Source: Eledone cirrhosa (taxonomy: Eukaryota). From it: DNA of 64,000 nucleotides. The notes below the pieces were generated by a model. The model was not told where the DNA came from. It ran no database searches and saw only the letters and a program-made list of their open reading frames with translations. Shown here piece by piece: positions 1-13,671 of this stretch (position 1 is its first letter; every line of letters starts with the position of its first letter). Where the stretch lies: positions 282,162,001-282,226,000 of the forward strand of contig OZ024742.1 of assembly GCA_964016885.1 (NCBI GenBank). The letters are read 5' to 3'. The translations under genes were made by a program, and so were the position numbers.

Positions 1-1261
1 TGGCAAGACTCTTTGTGTATATATCTAAGATTTTTGTTAGGTTTATGATAAGCTTTAAAAGAGGCAGTAAGTACATCAAGATTAATGTCAAAAAAGTTAG
101 CATTGGTAAGGTTCGTATCTATAGTAATTTTAAGGTTAAGATTAGCAAAAGTATTGATTAAATCTTTACGGAATTTATCAAGGTTATGGCCGTTGGTGGT
201 ATGAGAAACTGCCAATCCGTCGTCACGGTATAAACCGATATTATGGGAAGGAAATTTCTCTTTGAGGGTGTGGAGAAGGAATCATCCTACTAAGTCACAC
301 ACATCCGCACTGTCATATGAACCCATTGCAACATCAAAAGAGTTTTCAGGGTTTGACTTTTTAACCCAAATACTTTCATTAGTAAAGAGTAAAGATTTTC
401 TAGCATGAAAGATAATGTCTTCTTCTAATTTAGAAATATTAATGAAGGGTCTTGCAAAGTCTAAGGCATTAGTTAATAAGGAAACAGTAATAGAGGTGTA
501 AAAATCAACAATATCAAATTGGGTAAATCTACACTTATTTTTACCTTGTATATTATTAAACCAAGAAATAACAGAGGATGTATTTAACCAAGGTGATAGG
601 TCTTAGTTCTAATTTGGAGAATTATTTTTCTTAAGATTTTTTTACTTGCAAGGCCAACTTCGGATTTAGCCGGGTTCATCAGTCTACAACTAGGTCGATT
701 AGTAAAGTCTAATTTATGGTCTTTAAGGGTAATATATTCTTTACGTTTAGCTAGGCTTTCAATCCGGTTGTCTATTTTTAAAGAACTAGGTAGTTCTTTA
801 GCTTCTTTATTAATAGTATTGTAGGTATTATTATTAGTTAATTGATATTTGTTGGTGATACTATTAGTTAAAAGTTGGTTATACAAAATACTATTAACTT
901 CAAAGAGATTTTTAGTTTTATCGGAAAGAATAAAAGTGTTTGTAGAATTTTTAAAATTAGAAATATCGTTAGACAGTTTAGTTTGAAAATTATTATTGTA
1001 CTTACGAAATTTGATATCACTAATTAAATTAACAAGGTCTAATTCGAAGTTGGCCATGTCTTTAATTCTAGGTGGGTATTTACGGGATTTTATGTCAAAA
1101 CAATCATTAGTATCAGCACTGAATAGTCCATCGTAAACCATTGCCTTCCATCTCATTCTTTTAACGACTTGTTCGATTTTATCTATAAGCATTTTGGTAT
1201 AAGTTGTGTTGGAAGGAGTAGGTATATTTTTGATTGAATAATCCAATTCATAAAGGTCCAT
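1..1261 (-). pseudogene. Penelope-like retroelement ORF (N-terminus + reverse transcriptase), disrupted; runs off the window start
   Basis: ORF 584-1261 (RMRWKA...ITLKDHK..F...P.CRL.NPAKSE.G..SK.IL) continues after a frameshift near 600 as NTSSVISWF...QFDIVDFYTSI...FDVAMGSYDSADVCDLVG*FLL...GLYRDDGLAV. These are PLE RT motifs. In-frame TGA at 282-284. Confidence 0.85.
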
Positions 1262-1329
1262 GGTGTATGTTGGTTAAATTCCTGAAAACTGTAGAGTGCT
1301 CAACTAATCGGGCTGGAAAGTGCCAATGA

Positions 1330-1990
<661 letters not shown>

Positions 1991-2620
1991 TTTTTAGTCC
2001 AGCAGGATGTCCAAAGTCACCCTTCTCACCAAGAAACCTTGGTGGAGTTGCCAGTTTAGTCGCGAACGACCCGACCATGAGACAGGTTGTACTGGGATAC
2101 ATGTTACCAGTAGTACCAACTGGTGACCTGACATACAAACAAAACCTTTCAAAGGGCAAAGGAGCTCTTAAGAGTCAATGGCCATCCAGAATCACCGGGA
2201 CAGGTGACCCCTTAGCCTTTGTCAAGGCAGAATTCTAGAAGGAAAACTCTGATATAACACCTGCAACCGTGATGGTATCCAATGATGTTGACTTGTTCTT
2301 CTTTTTGGTAAATATCATCTTGGTTAAGAGAGTGGGACTGGCTTTGTGCAGTGCCTTTGCTCACTATAAAAGCTTCACGGCAGAGGCATTGCTTTATATC
2401 TGGAGATCTATCTGCATTTGTCGTCACATGGTACCATGGGCCCAGCACTATGTGTCAATAATTGTCACAAGTGTAGTGTTTGTACCAGAGTTTTCAAGTC
2501 TCTGGCTGGACTAAAAAGTCACACACGCGCATCGGTAGGGGTTCTCCTACATGGATATAAAGTAGTGGCCGTACTAGAAAACGAGTTGGCAGCCACCATG
2601 TATGTATGTATGTTTGTATG
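1991..2620 (+). mobile_element. Degenerate, internally deleted RTE-type LINE
   Basis: 2460-2530 encodes CHKCSVCTRVFKSLAGLKSHTR, a C-terminal zinc-finger-like motif typical of RTE-clade ORFs. A short 3' UTR ends in (ATGT)n. Upstream endonuclease similarity is weak. Confidence 0.5.
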
Positions 2621-3033
2621 TATATAAATATATATATATTCTGTTAAAAATTCCGATCATTCTTCTCAGCAAGATGTAAATTACACCTGCCATCTAAACC
2701 TTTGAACTTCCTTCCCTTTGTTTTTCTCGACTTCCACCCAGTAGGTTATGATTTGGTTAAATTCTACTGTGAAATATGCAGAACGCATTTGTGTAGCATG
2801 TGAAATCAAAGAGAAATGTTGAAACCGCTACAATACGGTTTTAAAATAAATTTAATTCTATAGTTTAGATTTGATTTGATTTTTCACTGTCATAATATTT
2901 CGAATATAAGAGATTCTAATGACATAACATAGTGAATTTCTTTTAATTAACCGTGTCTGTCGAGACATGCTGAATTATGTACGAACGCAATATATGTATA
3001 TTGTAAAAAGGTGATATTTAACACACACACACA

Positions 3034-3069
<36 letters not shown>

Positions 3070-3135
3070 TATATACATATATTCATATGTATACATATAT
3101 ACATATTATATACATATATACATATTATATACACA

Positions 3136-3175
<40 letters not shown>

Positions 3176-3300
3176 TATATATATATGTGTGTGTATGTAT
3201 GTATATATATATATATATTATTTATATATATATTATACATATATCATATATATAGATACAAATATAATATATATATACATATAATATATAGGGAGAGATA

Positions 3301-3343
3301 AGTTGACAGCGCTGTTTCGTACTGTTTGGTACTTATCAAAACT
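3301..3343 (-). ncRNA. Type I hammerhead ribozyme motif, U3:A8 core variant
   Basis: Minus strand AGUU-UUGAUAA-GUAC caaaca GUAC-GAAA-CAGCGCUG-UC^-AACU. Confidence 0.75.
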
Positions 3344-3872
3344 CACTACTCTCCCCGTCTGCCGAAAATGATGTGTGTTGGATTCTTATAGAATTCCAGT
3401 AACAATCAGGAACTGATTTTACAGAGCGGTTGCCGGCCCAGCAGAAATTGAAAATTAGAATTGGTGCTCTGAAATAGCGATATATATATGAATGTATATA
3501 TAGTGTATTTTGTAATACACTGTATGCTTAATTAAAAGCATTTTGAAGACCATACGTTATCGTTTAAAAGTAGCGACATTGTCGCCTACTTAAATTTTCG
3601 GCAGACAGAGGAAGATAAGTTGACAGCGCTGTCTCGTACTGTTTGGTACTGATCAAAAGCATTTTGAAGACCATACGCTTTTAATTAAGCATACAGTGTA
3701 TTGCAAAATACACTATATATACATTTATATATATATTGCTATTTCAGAGCACCAATTCTAATTTTCAATTTCTGCTGGGCCGCCGACCACTCTGTAAAAT
3801 CAGTTCCTGGTTGTTACTGGAATTCTATAAGAATTCAACACACATAATTTTCGGCAGACGGGGAAAGTAGTG

Positions 3873-3915
3873 AGTTTTGATAAGTACCAAACAGTACGAA
3901 ACAGCGCTGTCAACT
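3873..3915 (+). ncRNA. Type I hammerhead ribozyme motif, U3:A8 core variant
   Basis: AGTT TTGATAA GTAC caaaca GTAC GAAA CAGCGCTG TC AACT. Stems I and II pair; stem III is palindromic as in minimal PLE HHRs. Confidence 0.75.
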
Positions 3916-4077
3916 TATCTCCCCCTCTCTGCCGAAAATGTAAGTAGACGACAATGTCGCTACTTTAAAACAATAGCGTATGGTCTTCAAAATGCTTTTA
4001 ATTAAGCATACAGTGTATTGCAAAATATACTATATATACATTCATATATATATATCGCTATTTCAGAGCTCCTGTTC

Positions 4078-4152
<75 letters not shown>

Positions 4153-4161
4153 GTTTATATG

Positions 4162-4212
<51 letters not shown>

Positions 4213-4218
<6 letters not shown>

Positions 4219-5156
4219 AGGATAAAAAGGACGATTGATTATTCCTTCATTGCATTTATTGATAGGTGACGCGCGTTTCGCCACTGATCAGCTCAAGATT
4301 CGATCTATATCGATCCTAGCCGACTCAATAATCGGCAGCTCGACGGACCCTCTTAAAATGCTATAAGAAAATGAAATACATGCTATGTGGTAAAGTCAGA
4401 GTTTCAAGAGTTTGACAAAATGAGATGTTTTGATTGGTGAGAAGGATCAAGGCGATGTACTGGCCTGTAGTGTATATGGGGGTGGGGGTGATGGTGAGAT
4501 GTTGGTGACGGTCTGTGGATGAGGTGGGCTGTGGTGTGTTGGTGGTGGGTTGGCCTTGGCGTGTAGAGTATGTGGGGGTGGATGTGAAGATATGGTGGTG
4601 GTTAAGGTTATTTAGTGGGATGGGCTGTGGTGTGAGGTTAGTGGATTGTCAGTAGACGGGTTGGCGTGTCGGTGGGGGTGTGGTAGTGGTGCCTTTGTCT
4701 ATGGTAGCGGCGTTTTTGGTGGTGTGGTGGATGAATTGGTGGCGTCATGTCCTTACATAGATACATAGTTAGACGCTCTTCGTCTGACAGATACCTTGTA
4801 TATACGTATACGTACACACATATATGTATATATGTGCACATATATTGTTGTATAAACACACACAACATAAGACACATACGCACATCCTTGCCCACACATA
4901 TCGGCATACGCTCACACACAGCCATATGTATATGTACACACATGTATGTGCATGAGCGCATGCGGACACGAATATGGAGAGTTGGGGAGTATCGGTGGGG
5001 GTGGCGAACGACAGAGATGGGAGGAAGGTGAGAGGCGATGTAGAAGGTGTTTTACATATATACATACACATACATACACATGGGTATGGGCACATGGACT
5101 CACACTCATGTATGCAAGATATACACATACACACTCGCACACACGTATACTCACAC

Positions 5157-5187
<31 letters not shown>

Positions 5188-6554
5188 TGTACCGACAACA
5201 CACACATACACGCACATATACACATACATGCACATATATGAGCTCACCTACACATACAGTCAGATTTACCCATATACATATATGTAGACGTACACATACA
5301 CACACATACACATACATATATACACACACATATGCATACACATACACATATATATATATACAGATATATATATACACACACAGAGACATATGTATATACA
5401 TGTGTTCACATACACACACATACAGATAATTTGCGTACACGCACGCACACTTAAAACGCCCGTATGAGTAAAATACTTACACACAGACACACACACTATT
5501 GTTGGTTGGGGAGTGGAGGTATGTTTTGTCGGTGTTGATGAAGTATGGAGTTGTGTTTTGTGGTGGTGGTGGTGGAGTTGTGAGGAACAAAAATATATAT
5601 ACCGGATCGAATACCGGTTAAAAGGTAACATAGGGAACGCGGGGGAAAAGCGTTTATGAACGTACGGCGATGTGTGATGTGGACATGGTGATGGTGGTGG
5701 TGCTGGGGTGATATGTTCGGCAAGATGATTACATTATTAGAGGTTACGGTGTGTTATATGGTAGGCAGACAGGGGGTGGGGGGTATATAATACAGTCGAT
5801 TTGGGAGCGAGGGATGATATGTGTTGATGATGTAATGATAATGATTGTTGAAGTATGTGGATGTATTTAGTGGTGGCGGTGGTTGTGTGTGCATGCGACA
5901 GTACAGTTACAGGGTCGAATTTAGCGTGGGGTTGCAAGTTAGGGTAGATGGAGGGAACATGGGGGGATGAGGATGTAGGCGTGTATGGTATGCACATGAC
6001 GATGTGTGGTGTGGTGGTGGTGGCGATGGTGTGATATGATCGACATTGTATTTACAAGGTCTCTTGTCATTGTGGATTGCAAGGTAGAACGTATCATATG
6101 GTACCGATTTAATACGATGCTGCACCACCACACCACAGCCCACCTCATCCACAGACCGTCACCAACATCTCACCATCACACCAACCCCCATATACACTAC
6201 AGGCCAGTACATCGCCTTGATCCTTCTCACCAATCAAAACATCTCATTTTGTCAAACTCTTGAAACTCTGACTTTACCACATAGCATGTATTTCATTTTC
6301 TTATAGCATTTTAAGAGGGTCCGTCGAGCTGCCGATTATTGAGTCGGGTAGGATCGATATAGATCGAACCTTGAGCTGATCAGTGGCGAAACGCGCGTCA
6401 CCTATCAATAAATGCAATGAAGGAATAATCAATCGTCCTTTTTATCCTTTCTATATTTTACACTATGTATAGCTCTACACATCATCACAGAAGTGAACCT
6501 AAACATCGAGTGCTCACCCGGGTGAACCTGCAGTAACTCCTAGTTACACCCACT

Positions 6555-6558
<4 letters not shown>
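4213..6558. mobile_element. Non-coding fold-back element: ~325-bp inverted arms (4213-4538 / 6129-6456), low-complexity interior, ~100-bp tail, in (TA)n
   Basis: Arms are near-perfect reverse complements (gaaaggataaaaaggacg... / ...cgtcctttttatcctttc). They contain the HHR-like 3' half GAAACGCGCGTC but no canonical CUGANGA. Same architecture as PLE inverted pseudo-LTR plus tail. Confidence 0.75.
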
Positions 6559-6600
<42 letters not shown>

Positions 6601-6901
6601 TTATGTATATATGTATGTATATATATATGTGTGTATATATACATATACTGACGTAAGGGAAATATAAATAAGAAAATATATACACAAGTACAATAACAAC
6701 AAACACATATAAACACACACTAGTAAACAAAGATAGAATACTAAAAACCAAAACACATACACTCAAACGCGAACACCCACAACGAACATTATACACACAC
6801 GCAAACACCTGCTCAAAGACGGAGACAAAAATAAAAAAATAAATAAATGAAATAAAAATGGCGTAAATATTACAATACAATAAGAGGGAACATGATAATA
6901 G

Positions 6902-6945
6902 TACCACTGATGATGTTGCAGACGTGCAACGAAAGAACTTTGTTA
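6902..6945 (+). ncRNA. Type I hammerhead ribozyme motif
   Basis: TACCA CTGATGA T GTTGCA gacg TGCAAC GAAA GAAC TT TGTTA. One mismatch in stem I. Downstream atgaccctcccaagtataa is shared with the repeats at 29440, 30100, 36570 and 54370. Confidence 0.7.
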
Positions 6946-7138
6946 GACTATATATACTGGTATATATTTATATCTGTATTTTTAACCGTTGGTCAGTCAA
7001 TGATAAACATTGATTGCCAAATAAATTGACTATGGTGATATATAGATACAGAAACAGTGAGTCTGTTCTGTTATTATTTCTGGCAATATTATTACAACAA
7101 TATGACCCTCCCCAAGTATAAATATATATATATACATA

Positions 7139-7425
7139 TTAAAATAACAGATTAAAGTTTAAGCAAAGAATCGCTGCTTTCACCCTTACCGGGATCTTCT
7201 GAAACAAAAAAATAAATAAATCTGTGAACGCAGAAGCAAATATTTCGAAAAGCGTTGCAGCCGAAGGAAAACAAGAAGACGATACTTTGGTTCGTGAAGA
7301 CGTTCCCTGGCAATGAACGAAAAAAAAGCGAAGATAATACGTCGTTATGTGGATCGGTGAGAACAATTACACGCAAAGACAAAGCCACGTTTATGGTATA
7401 AATGGAGTCATTAGACTAATATTCT
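7139..7425 (-). mobile_element. Small TA-associated repeat (family B) with HHR-like motif at 7157-7205
   Basis: Reverse complement of 26705-26990. Minus strand GUUU-CAGAAGA-U CCC gguaa GGG U-GAAA-GCA...UGC-UU-AAAC. Confidence 0.6.
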
Positions 7426-7464
7426 ATTTAGGAAACCGAATGATTCTCGGGTTCAGAGTTAAGA

Positions 7465-7646
7465 ATAATTGTTTCTACTTTTGGCACAAGGCCAGCAATT
7501 ACCTAGTGTATTACTGGTACTTTATTTTATCGACCTCGTAAGGAAGAAAGGCAAAGTTAACCTTGGCGGGATTTGAACTGAGAATGGCAAGGGCCATAAC
7601 TCTATGCGTCAAAGCATGGCGTCCGACCCTCTACCGATACTGCCAG
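7465..7646 (-). mobile_element. tRNA-derived SINE, family 1 (conserved central domain gcctttcatcctttcggggtcgataaaataaagtaccag)
   Basis: B-box-like gttcaaatcccgcc on the minus strand and aaacaattatt tail. Further partial copies near 7885-7990 (+), 11950-12110 (-), 17700-17910 (-), 34505-34650 (-), 38200-38370 (-), 49890-50045 (+). Confidence 0.8.
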
Positions 7647-8129
7647 AATAATGTAAATAAATTAGTTGAACGAAAATGACAGATGTTATTAAAATCATAA
7701 AAGTAATAATAATTAAATATATACATACACACATTATATACGTACATACACGTGCATACGCGAAAACACACGCCATGTGTTTGATAAATATTTGCTCTAG
7801 GGTTCCTATATACTTGATATATATTTCTCCTTATCGAGCGCTCTTTGGATTTTAGTCTTCACATTTATTATTATTACTATATCCAGCCGAGGTTACCTTT
7901 GCCTTTTATCCTTTCGGGGTCGATAAAATAAAGTACCAGTAATGCACTGGTGTATTTGCTGGCCTTGTTTCATAAGTAGAAACAATTATTACTCTCTCTC
8001 TCTATATATATATATTATATTATATATATATATGTCTGTTATATGTATAAAAGAGATCTACAAGTCTACAAGTGCGGCTTAAGTTAGAAAAAAGAAAATA
8101 ACCTATATCACCAAGGATTTATACCGATT

Positions 8130-8670
8130 ATCTTCTTCTTCTTCACCGACACTAACACCATTCTCATCATGTACATCACGATATTATCCATCAACCGCAT
8201 AATCATCACCATCATCATCATCATCACCATTGGCCTCATTTTCATTATGTTCATCATCATCATTATCTTCATAATTACAATCCTCCACATCGTCATCACC
8301 ATCAACACCACTGTCCATTTCATAGTCATCCTCAACCTCAACATCATCATCATTAACACAAACATTATCATCATAATCATCATCAACATCACCATCAACC
8401 TCGTGAACATCATAATGATCAGGAGCAGCAGCATTAGACTCATAACTATCAACATCAGCATCATAAATATTAACTTCATAATCACTATCATCACCACCAC
8501 AGTCACAATCATCACCACCATCACCACCACCACCACCACCAACACAACAACAACAACAACAGCACCTATCAGAATATGTGTATAGCTACCGTTACTAACC
8601 TCTGTAAGATGACAATCAGCACCACCAACAATATACAGCCCTACTTCCCCCAGCCTCACCACCACCATTG
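8130..8670. repeat. Degenerate (ATC)n/(ACC)n/(AAC)n trinucleotide tract
   Basis: Directly visible. It produces the spurious Ile-rich and Met-rich ORFs. Confidence 0.85.
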
Positions 8671-8770
8671 GTGTCACTACGTCGTCTGAGACATTGTCAC
8701 CAGATTAAGACTTTATTACAAGTCAGATTGCTGGTGATTAGAACTGTCAGTTTTATAAGTCTCGGTAACA

Positions 8771-8870
<100 letters not shown>

Positions 8871-9100
8871 TTTATACAAACACACACGAATAGACAGACA
8901 TATATACACGTATGGACACATACATAGGCATAATTGCCCACACACAGACACTCCTAGATATATGTATGTGTCTCAGCGTCTCTGTGCACGCGTATATACG
9001 TAGACACACATTCTCTCTCTCTCTCCCTCTCACTCTTTCTTTCCCTCTCTCACTTGCTCTCTCTCTCTTTCTCTCACTCTCTCGCTCGCCCTCCCTCTCG

Positions 9101-9135
<35 letters not shown>

Positions 9136-9281
9136 TTATGTGTATGTATGTGTGTGTATGTGTGTTTGTGCGTGTGTGCATGTGTGTGTGTGTATGCCAA
9201 ATCTAAACAGAAATAACAAAGCAAACGAGACAGTACCACGAACAAATATATTAGTTTAACGCTTGATATAGTAGGAAAACG

Positions 9282-9317
9282 CCTTAAAGTTTCGACCACT
9301 TGTCCTTCATCAGAAGA
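9282..9317 (-). ncRNA. Minimal hammerhead ribozyme motif (PLE pseudo-LTR type)
   Basis: Minus strand UCUU-CUGAUGA-AG GAC aagug GUC-GAAA-CU-UU-AAGG. Confidence 0.55.
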
Positions 9318-10131
9318 TAGAATGCAAAATAAATGAGGAAATAGAAAAATATAGTGAGAAGAGGAAGGTATATTTTAAGTGGGCATGTATATATATAGAG
9401 AGAGCTTTTATTCATTAGACTACAGCCATGCTGAGGTACCGCCTTAAAATCGATTAAATCAAATCCAGCATTTATGTTATCAAGTGTGCTACTTGTTTAT
9501 CGATCTCTTTTGTCGAACCGCCAAGTTACGGGACACAAACGCAAATACAAACGTGAAGAAGTACACACAAATTCACACATGCTGACTCACATCCACACAC
9601 ACACACACACACATAAATTCACACGTACATATAGACATACATATAGACACACATAGACACATTCACAATAGTAAATATGAACGGCGGTAGGTAAAGAAGA
9701 ACACACACATACACATAGCAAAATGAAAAAAAAACAAAGAAAGATGGCAGCGATGAAGAAATTAAGTTGGATTTTGTGTGAAAAATCTGTTCAGTAAGAA
9801 ACATCTGGTTCCCTTTAACAGCAACATTAATTAGATTCTTGCATATTACCCAAATGTTAACCAGAATTCATCCTTTTAAACTTTAAACATCTCCATAGCG
9901 TTTCGCAATGACATTTTTTCCCAAAGGTTCAGTTTATTTTTTAGAGCGGCATTTCTTCTTTTAATACTGTTTACTTGACGTGGTAGATTTTTTTTGTTCT
10001 CTTCATTGTTTCTACTTTATTGCTCTCTCTCTCTCTCTCTCCCTTTCTCCCCTCCCCTCTCTCTCTCTCCCATATATATATATATATATATAGAAAGGAT
10101 AACCTGCAGTAACTCCTAGTTACACCCACTG

Positions 10132-10177
<46 letters not shown>

Positions 10178-10241
10178 TGATGAGGGACTTATATTATTAC
10201 ATGTTATCCATGTGCTACCAGCAGTATTTTTCTCCCCATTT

Positions 10242-10324
<83 letters not shown>

Positions 10325-10778
10325 AAGTAAACAGAAAAACAAAGCATATGACACAGTACATTGAAGATCTTTATTATAAATAGAAATAACTAAGTTTAAC
10401 CTCAGACACAACTCGAGAACCTACATATTATATACATCTATATATATGTGTATGTGTGGGTGTGCATGTGTGCGTGTATGTGTGTGTTCGCTAGTGATGA
10501 TGCGTTCTCAAAACTGACGACGATTCACATATATATTTAAAGTTTGTTCATATGCATAACATATCGAAGTATAGGGAAAACGTCTACCGATTTAAAGCTC
10601 ACAATCTAGTCACTTCTGCTCATATGGGAATGGAATACTTCTAGTTAACTCAATACTTTCATATACTTGATTTAGTGTTAAAAATTACAGACATAGAATA
10701 AATATATTAGATACAGATACACGATGCGTATTATTGTTTGTATATACATATATGTGTGTGTATATATATATGTGTGTG

Positions 10779-10841
<63 letters not shown>

Positions 10842-13226
10842 GATGACGTTTCGTTTACATGTATTTAGATATTTATTATTGTGTACCGCCCTGTTACGCG
10901 CGTTTCGCAGAGGACTGGCTCAGGGTCACCCATATTTGTACGAATGCCAATGAGTTCCAGCAGCTCATAAACATATGCAGATTTCTTTAAGAATCGAACT
11001 ACTTTAGCGTCGGTAAAGGCAAGGAGATGTGTAATGTTCACAAACACTAACAAGTGAGAAACGATTGCATTGTCGATTACTTCCCCCTGTTTTTGCCGAG
11101 TTAGGTAAGTGACGATGGTCACAACCATAAAATTCATAGCAAAAGGCCTTCAAATATCTTTCATAAACTTCCTGTATATTATTCAATACATATATAATAT
11201 TTGTATTGGTGCTCCTATATAGCGATATACATATAAATGTACCTATTGTACACTGAATAATATACGGGATGCTTATGAAAGACATGTGAAGGCCTTTCGC
11301 TATGAATTTTGTATGGGCCTATATAGAAGTCATTTCATAACCTTTCGAACAGCAAGGGTTATCCACCTATAAACATTTTTTTTCGAAATTTTTAATTTTT
11401 TAAATTACTTTCTCCATTCTTTTATTCTCCATTTTGTTCACTACCCTATCTTCCACCTTAATATAAGTTATTTCCGGTTACTTTCCCCGGCACATGTTGG
11501 AAAGTTGGTCCAACCCTAAGAAACATGTGTTCTTCTAATAGCTTCGTTGTAGTACTTTTCTTAATAATAATATATTAAAACTCGTCCCAAGGACTTGAGT
11601 TGTTTTATGCCCTGAATATCTCTACTAAGGTATTACTATGTATATATTTTTTTACTACTCTTCCTGTCTTAAAGTTGTCAAATGTTTGTTAAAGGTAACA
11701 CCTTATTTACAAGCTCCCTGAAAAGTTTGGGCACACAAGGATGGTGGGGATCCCACTAATAAAACAAGGAAAGAACGATCTGTTTCGATTCCCTCTCGAT
11801 ACTCAAAATTTTGTTAAAGGAAGGTATTGTGAATAGAAGGGAGAAAATAAATTCAAGTTATTAACAATGGTTCAAATATAATCGAATCGATAATCCAAAA
11901 GCCATGTATTTTCTTTGTGATGGTTCTAATAATTCTTTCTTACATAGGGACAATACCAGTAATTTTGTGGAATAGGACCCGAGTAAATTACTGGTATTTT
12001 ATTTTATCGACCCCAAAAAGATGAACGGCAAAGCTGTTCTTGTATGAACTCAGAACATAAATGCTACAAAGCATTTTGTACGACATTCTAATGATTCTGC
12101 CAATACACCGCCCTGATAGTACTAATAAACTAAATTATTCCTATTTTAAGGCTTTAGGCCATGAATTGCTGACTGATGAGTCCATCATCATAAAATATCA
12201 GCCTCTACCACGCAAACATGCTTTTTTGGGGTTCAAATCTCGCAGACGCTAACTTTATCTTTCCTCCTTTCTGCGTCGATATTGGGTGGATTGGCGTAAT
12301 TAAAGCGTGGGACAAGATGCCTCACAGTATTTTTACCGGTGCTTTGTGTGCTAAGTTCTTGGGTGGTAGACAAAATCCATTGCTCGGTTTAACACTGTCC
12401 CATGACCCTCCGGCTATTTTAGCAGATTCCACTTTTGCATGCATTTTAACCAGGTCTTCGATTTTCTCCATAATTTCCATAGATTTTAGAAGCCAGATCG
12501 CTTCTACGAACAGCGACGCCTGCTTTATATTCAGACCAAATGTTCACCAATCAGAACTGTTTTCGAATAAGCCATTTAATCGGTCAGAGGTGTCTCATCT
12601 CATCGCTGCTGCATATTTTGGTTCTTGAGCATACACAGAGGAATCTAGAAGTGTTTGGGGTCATACCGCTCGAAGAAGGTCAGGGAAGATCCATGTCAAT
12701 TTATGTAGAGTGTGTGAGGTTCATGATGCTGGACTCATTGGAAATTAAGGTGTTCAGAGCCATAATGGAGGAATGTCTTTGCGCCTCAACTAACACACGA
12801 TCAGGCCACCACAAACCAGAAGTAAACGAACTATCTACCTAAAGAGCTCCAGCAGAAAACGTGATCAATGTACCCCCCCCCCCGCTCTCTCTCTCTCTCT
12901 ATGTATATATATCCATCTGTTCTGTGTGTGTGCCCGTGTGTATCTATGCGCACGCAGATACACACATGCTAGAGGAGGGAGAAAAAAGAGAGAAAGAGAA
13001 GGGAGGCTGTGTTAGGAAGAGTCAGTCAGTCAGTAATACACACCTTAATAAGCCAGTAAAAGATTCGATGCCTGCATGGTGCTGAATAAATTATCTTGCT
13101 TAAAAACTGACATTATATCGATAAACGAACATAGACATATAACAACATCAACAGTAATAAGGGGAGAGGGATAAAAAGAAACAACAAATATAAGGAGCAA
13201 CAATAATACCAATAATAACTAGAGAT

Positions 13227-13258
<32 letters not shown>

Positions 13259-13369
13259 ATATATATATATATATATACATATACGACTATCTCTCAACGC
13301 CGCCGAGCAATACCTCCCTACAAAAACAATCCAGCGCCTCACACTCTTCCTTTCTGCACTATATACATT

Positions 13370-13436
<67 letters not shown>

Positions 13437-13448
13437 TTATATATACAG

Positions 13449-13510
<62 letters not shown>

Positions 13511-13584
13511 TTATATATATACATTTATATATACAGTTATATATACATTTATCATATATATATATATACATTTATATATACATG

Positions 13585-13669
<85 letters not shown>

Positions 13670-13671
<2 letters not shown>

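Larger units (their letters stand above)
3290..4078. mobile_element. Retrozyme-like HHR repeat (family A): 317-bp tandem unit plus inverted, circularly permuted copy, between (TA)n tracts
   Basis: agttgacagcgctgt recurs at 3301 and 3618. 3678-4070 is the reverse complement of 3538->3293 continuing into 3608->3465. Related copies at 15555-16090 and 36750-37035. Confidence 0.8.

Noticed and set aside
282-284. In-frame TGA in the PLE RT as possible selenocysteine
   Set aside because: It falls at a position that is normally hydrophobic rather than Cys, the copy is also frameshifted, and no SECIS is visible in the window.
8108-8677. Hydrophobic 189-aa/138-aa ORFs resembling membrane proteins
   Set aside because: Product of a degenerate (ATC)n/(ACC)n tract.
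12218-12842. Overlapping ORFs of ordinary composition as a possible host exon
   Set aside because: No recognisable motif on either strand, short frames and no convincing splice context; probably an old TE remnant.
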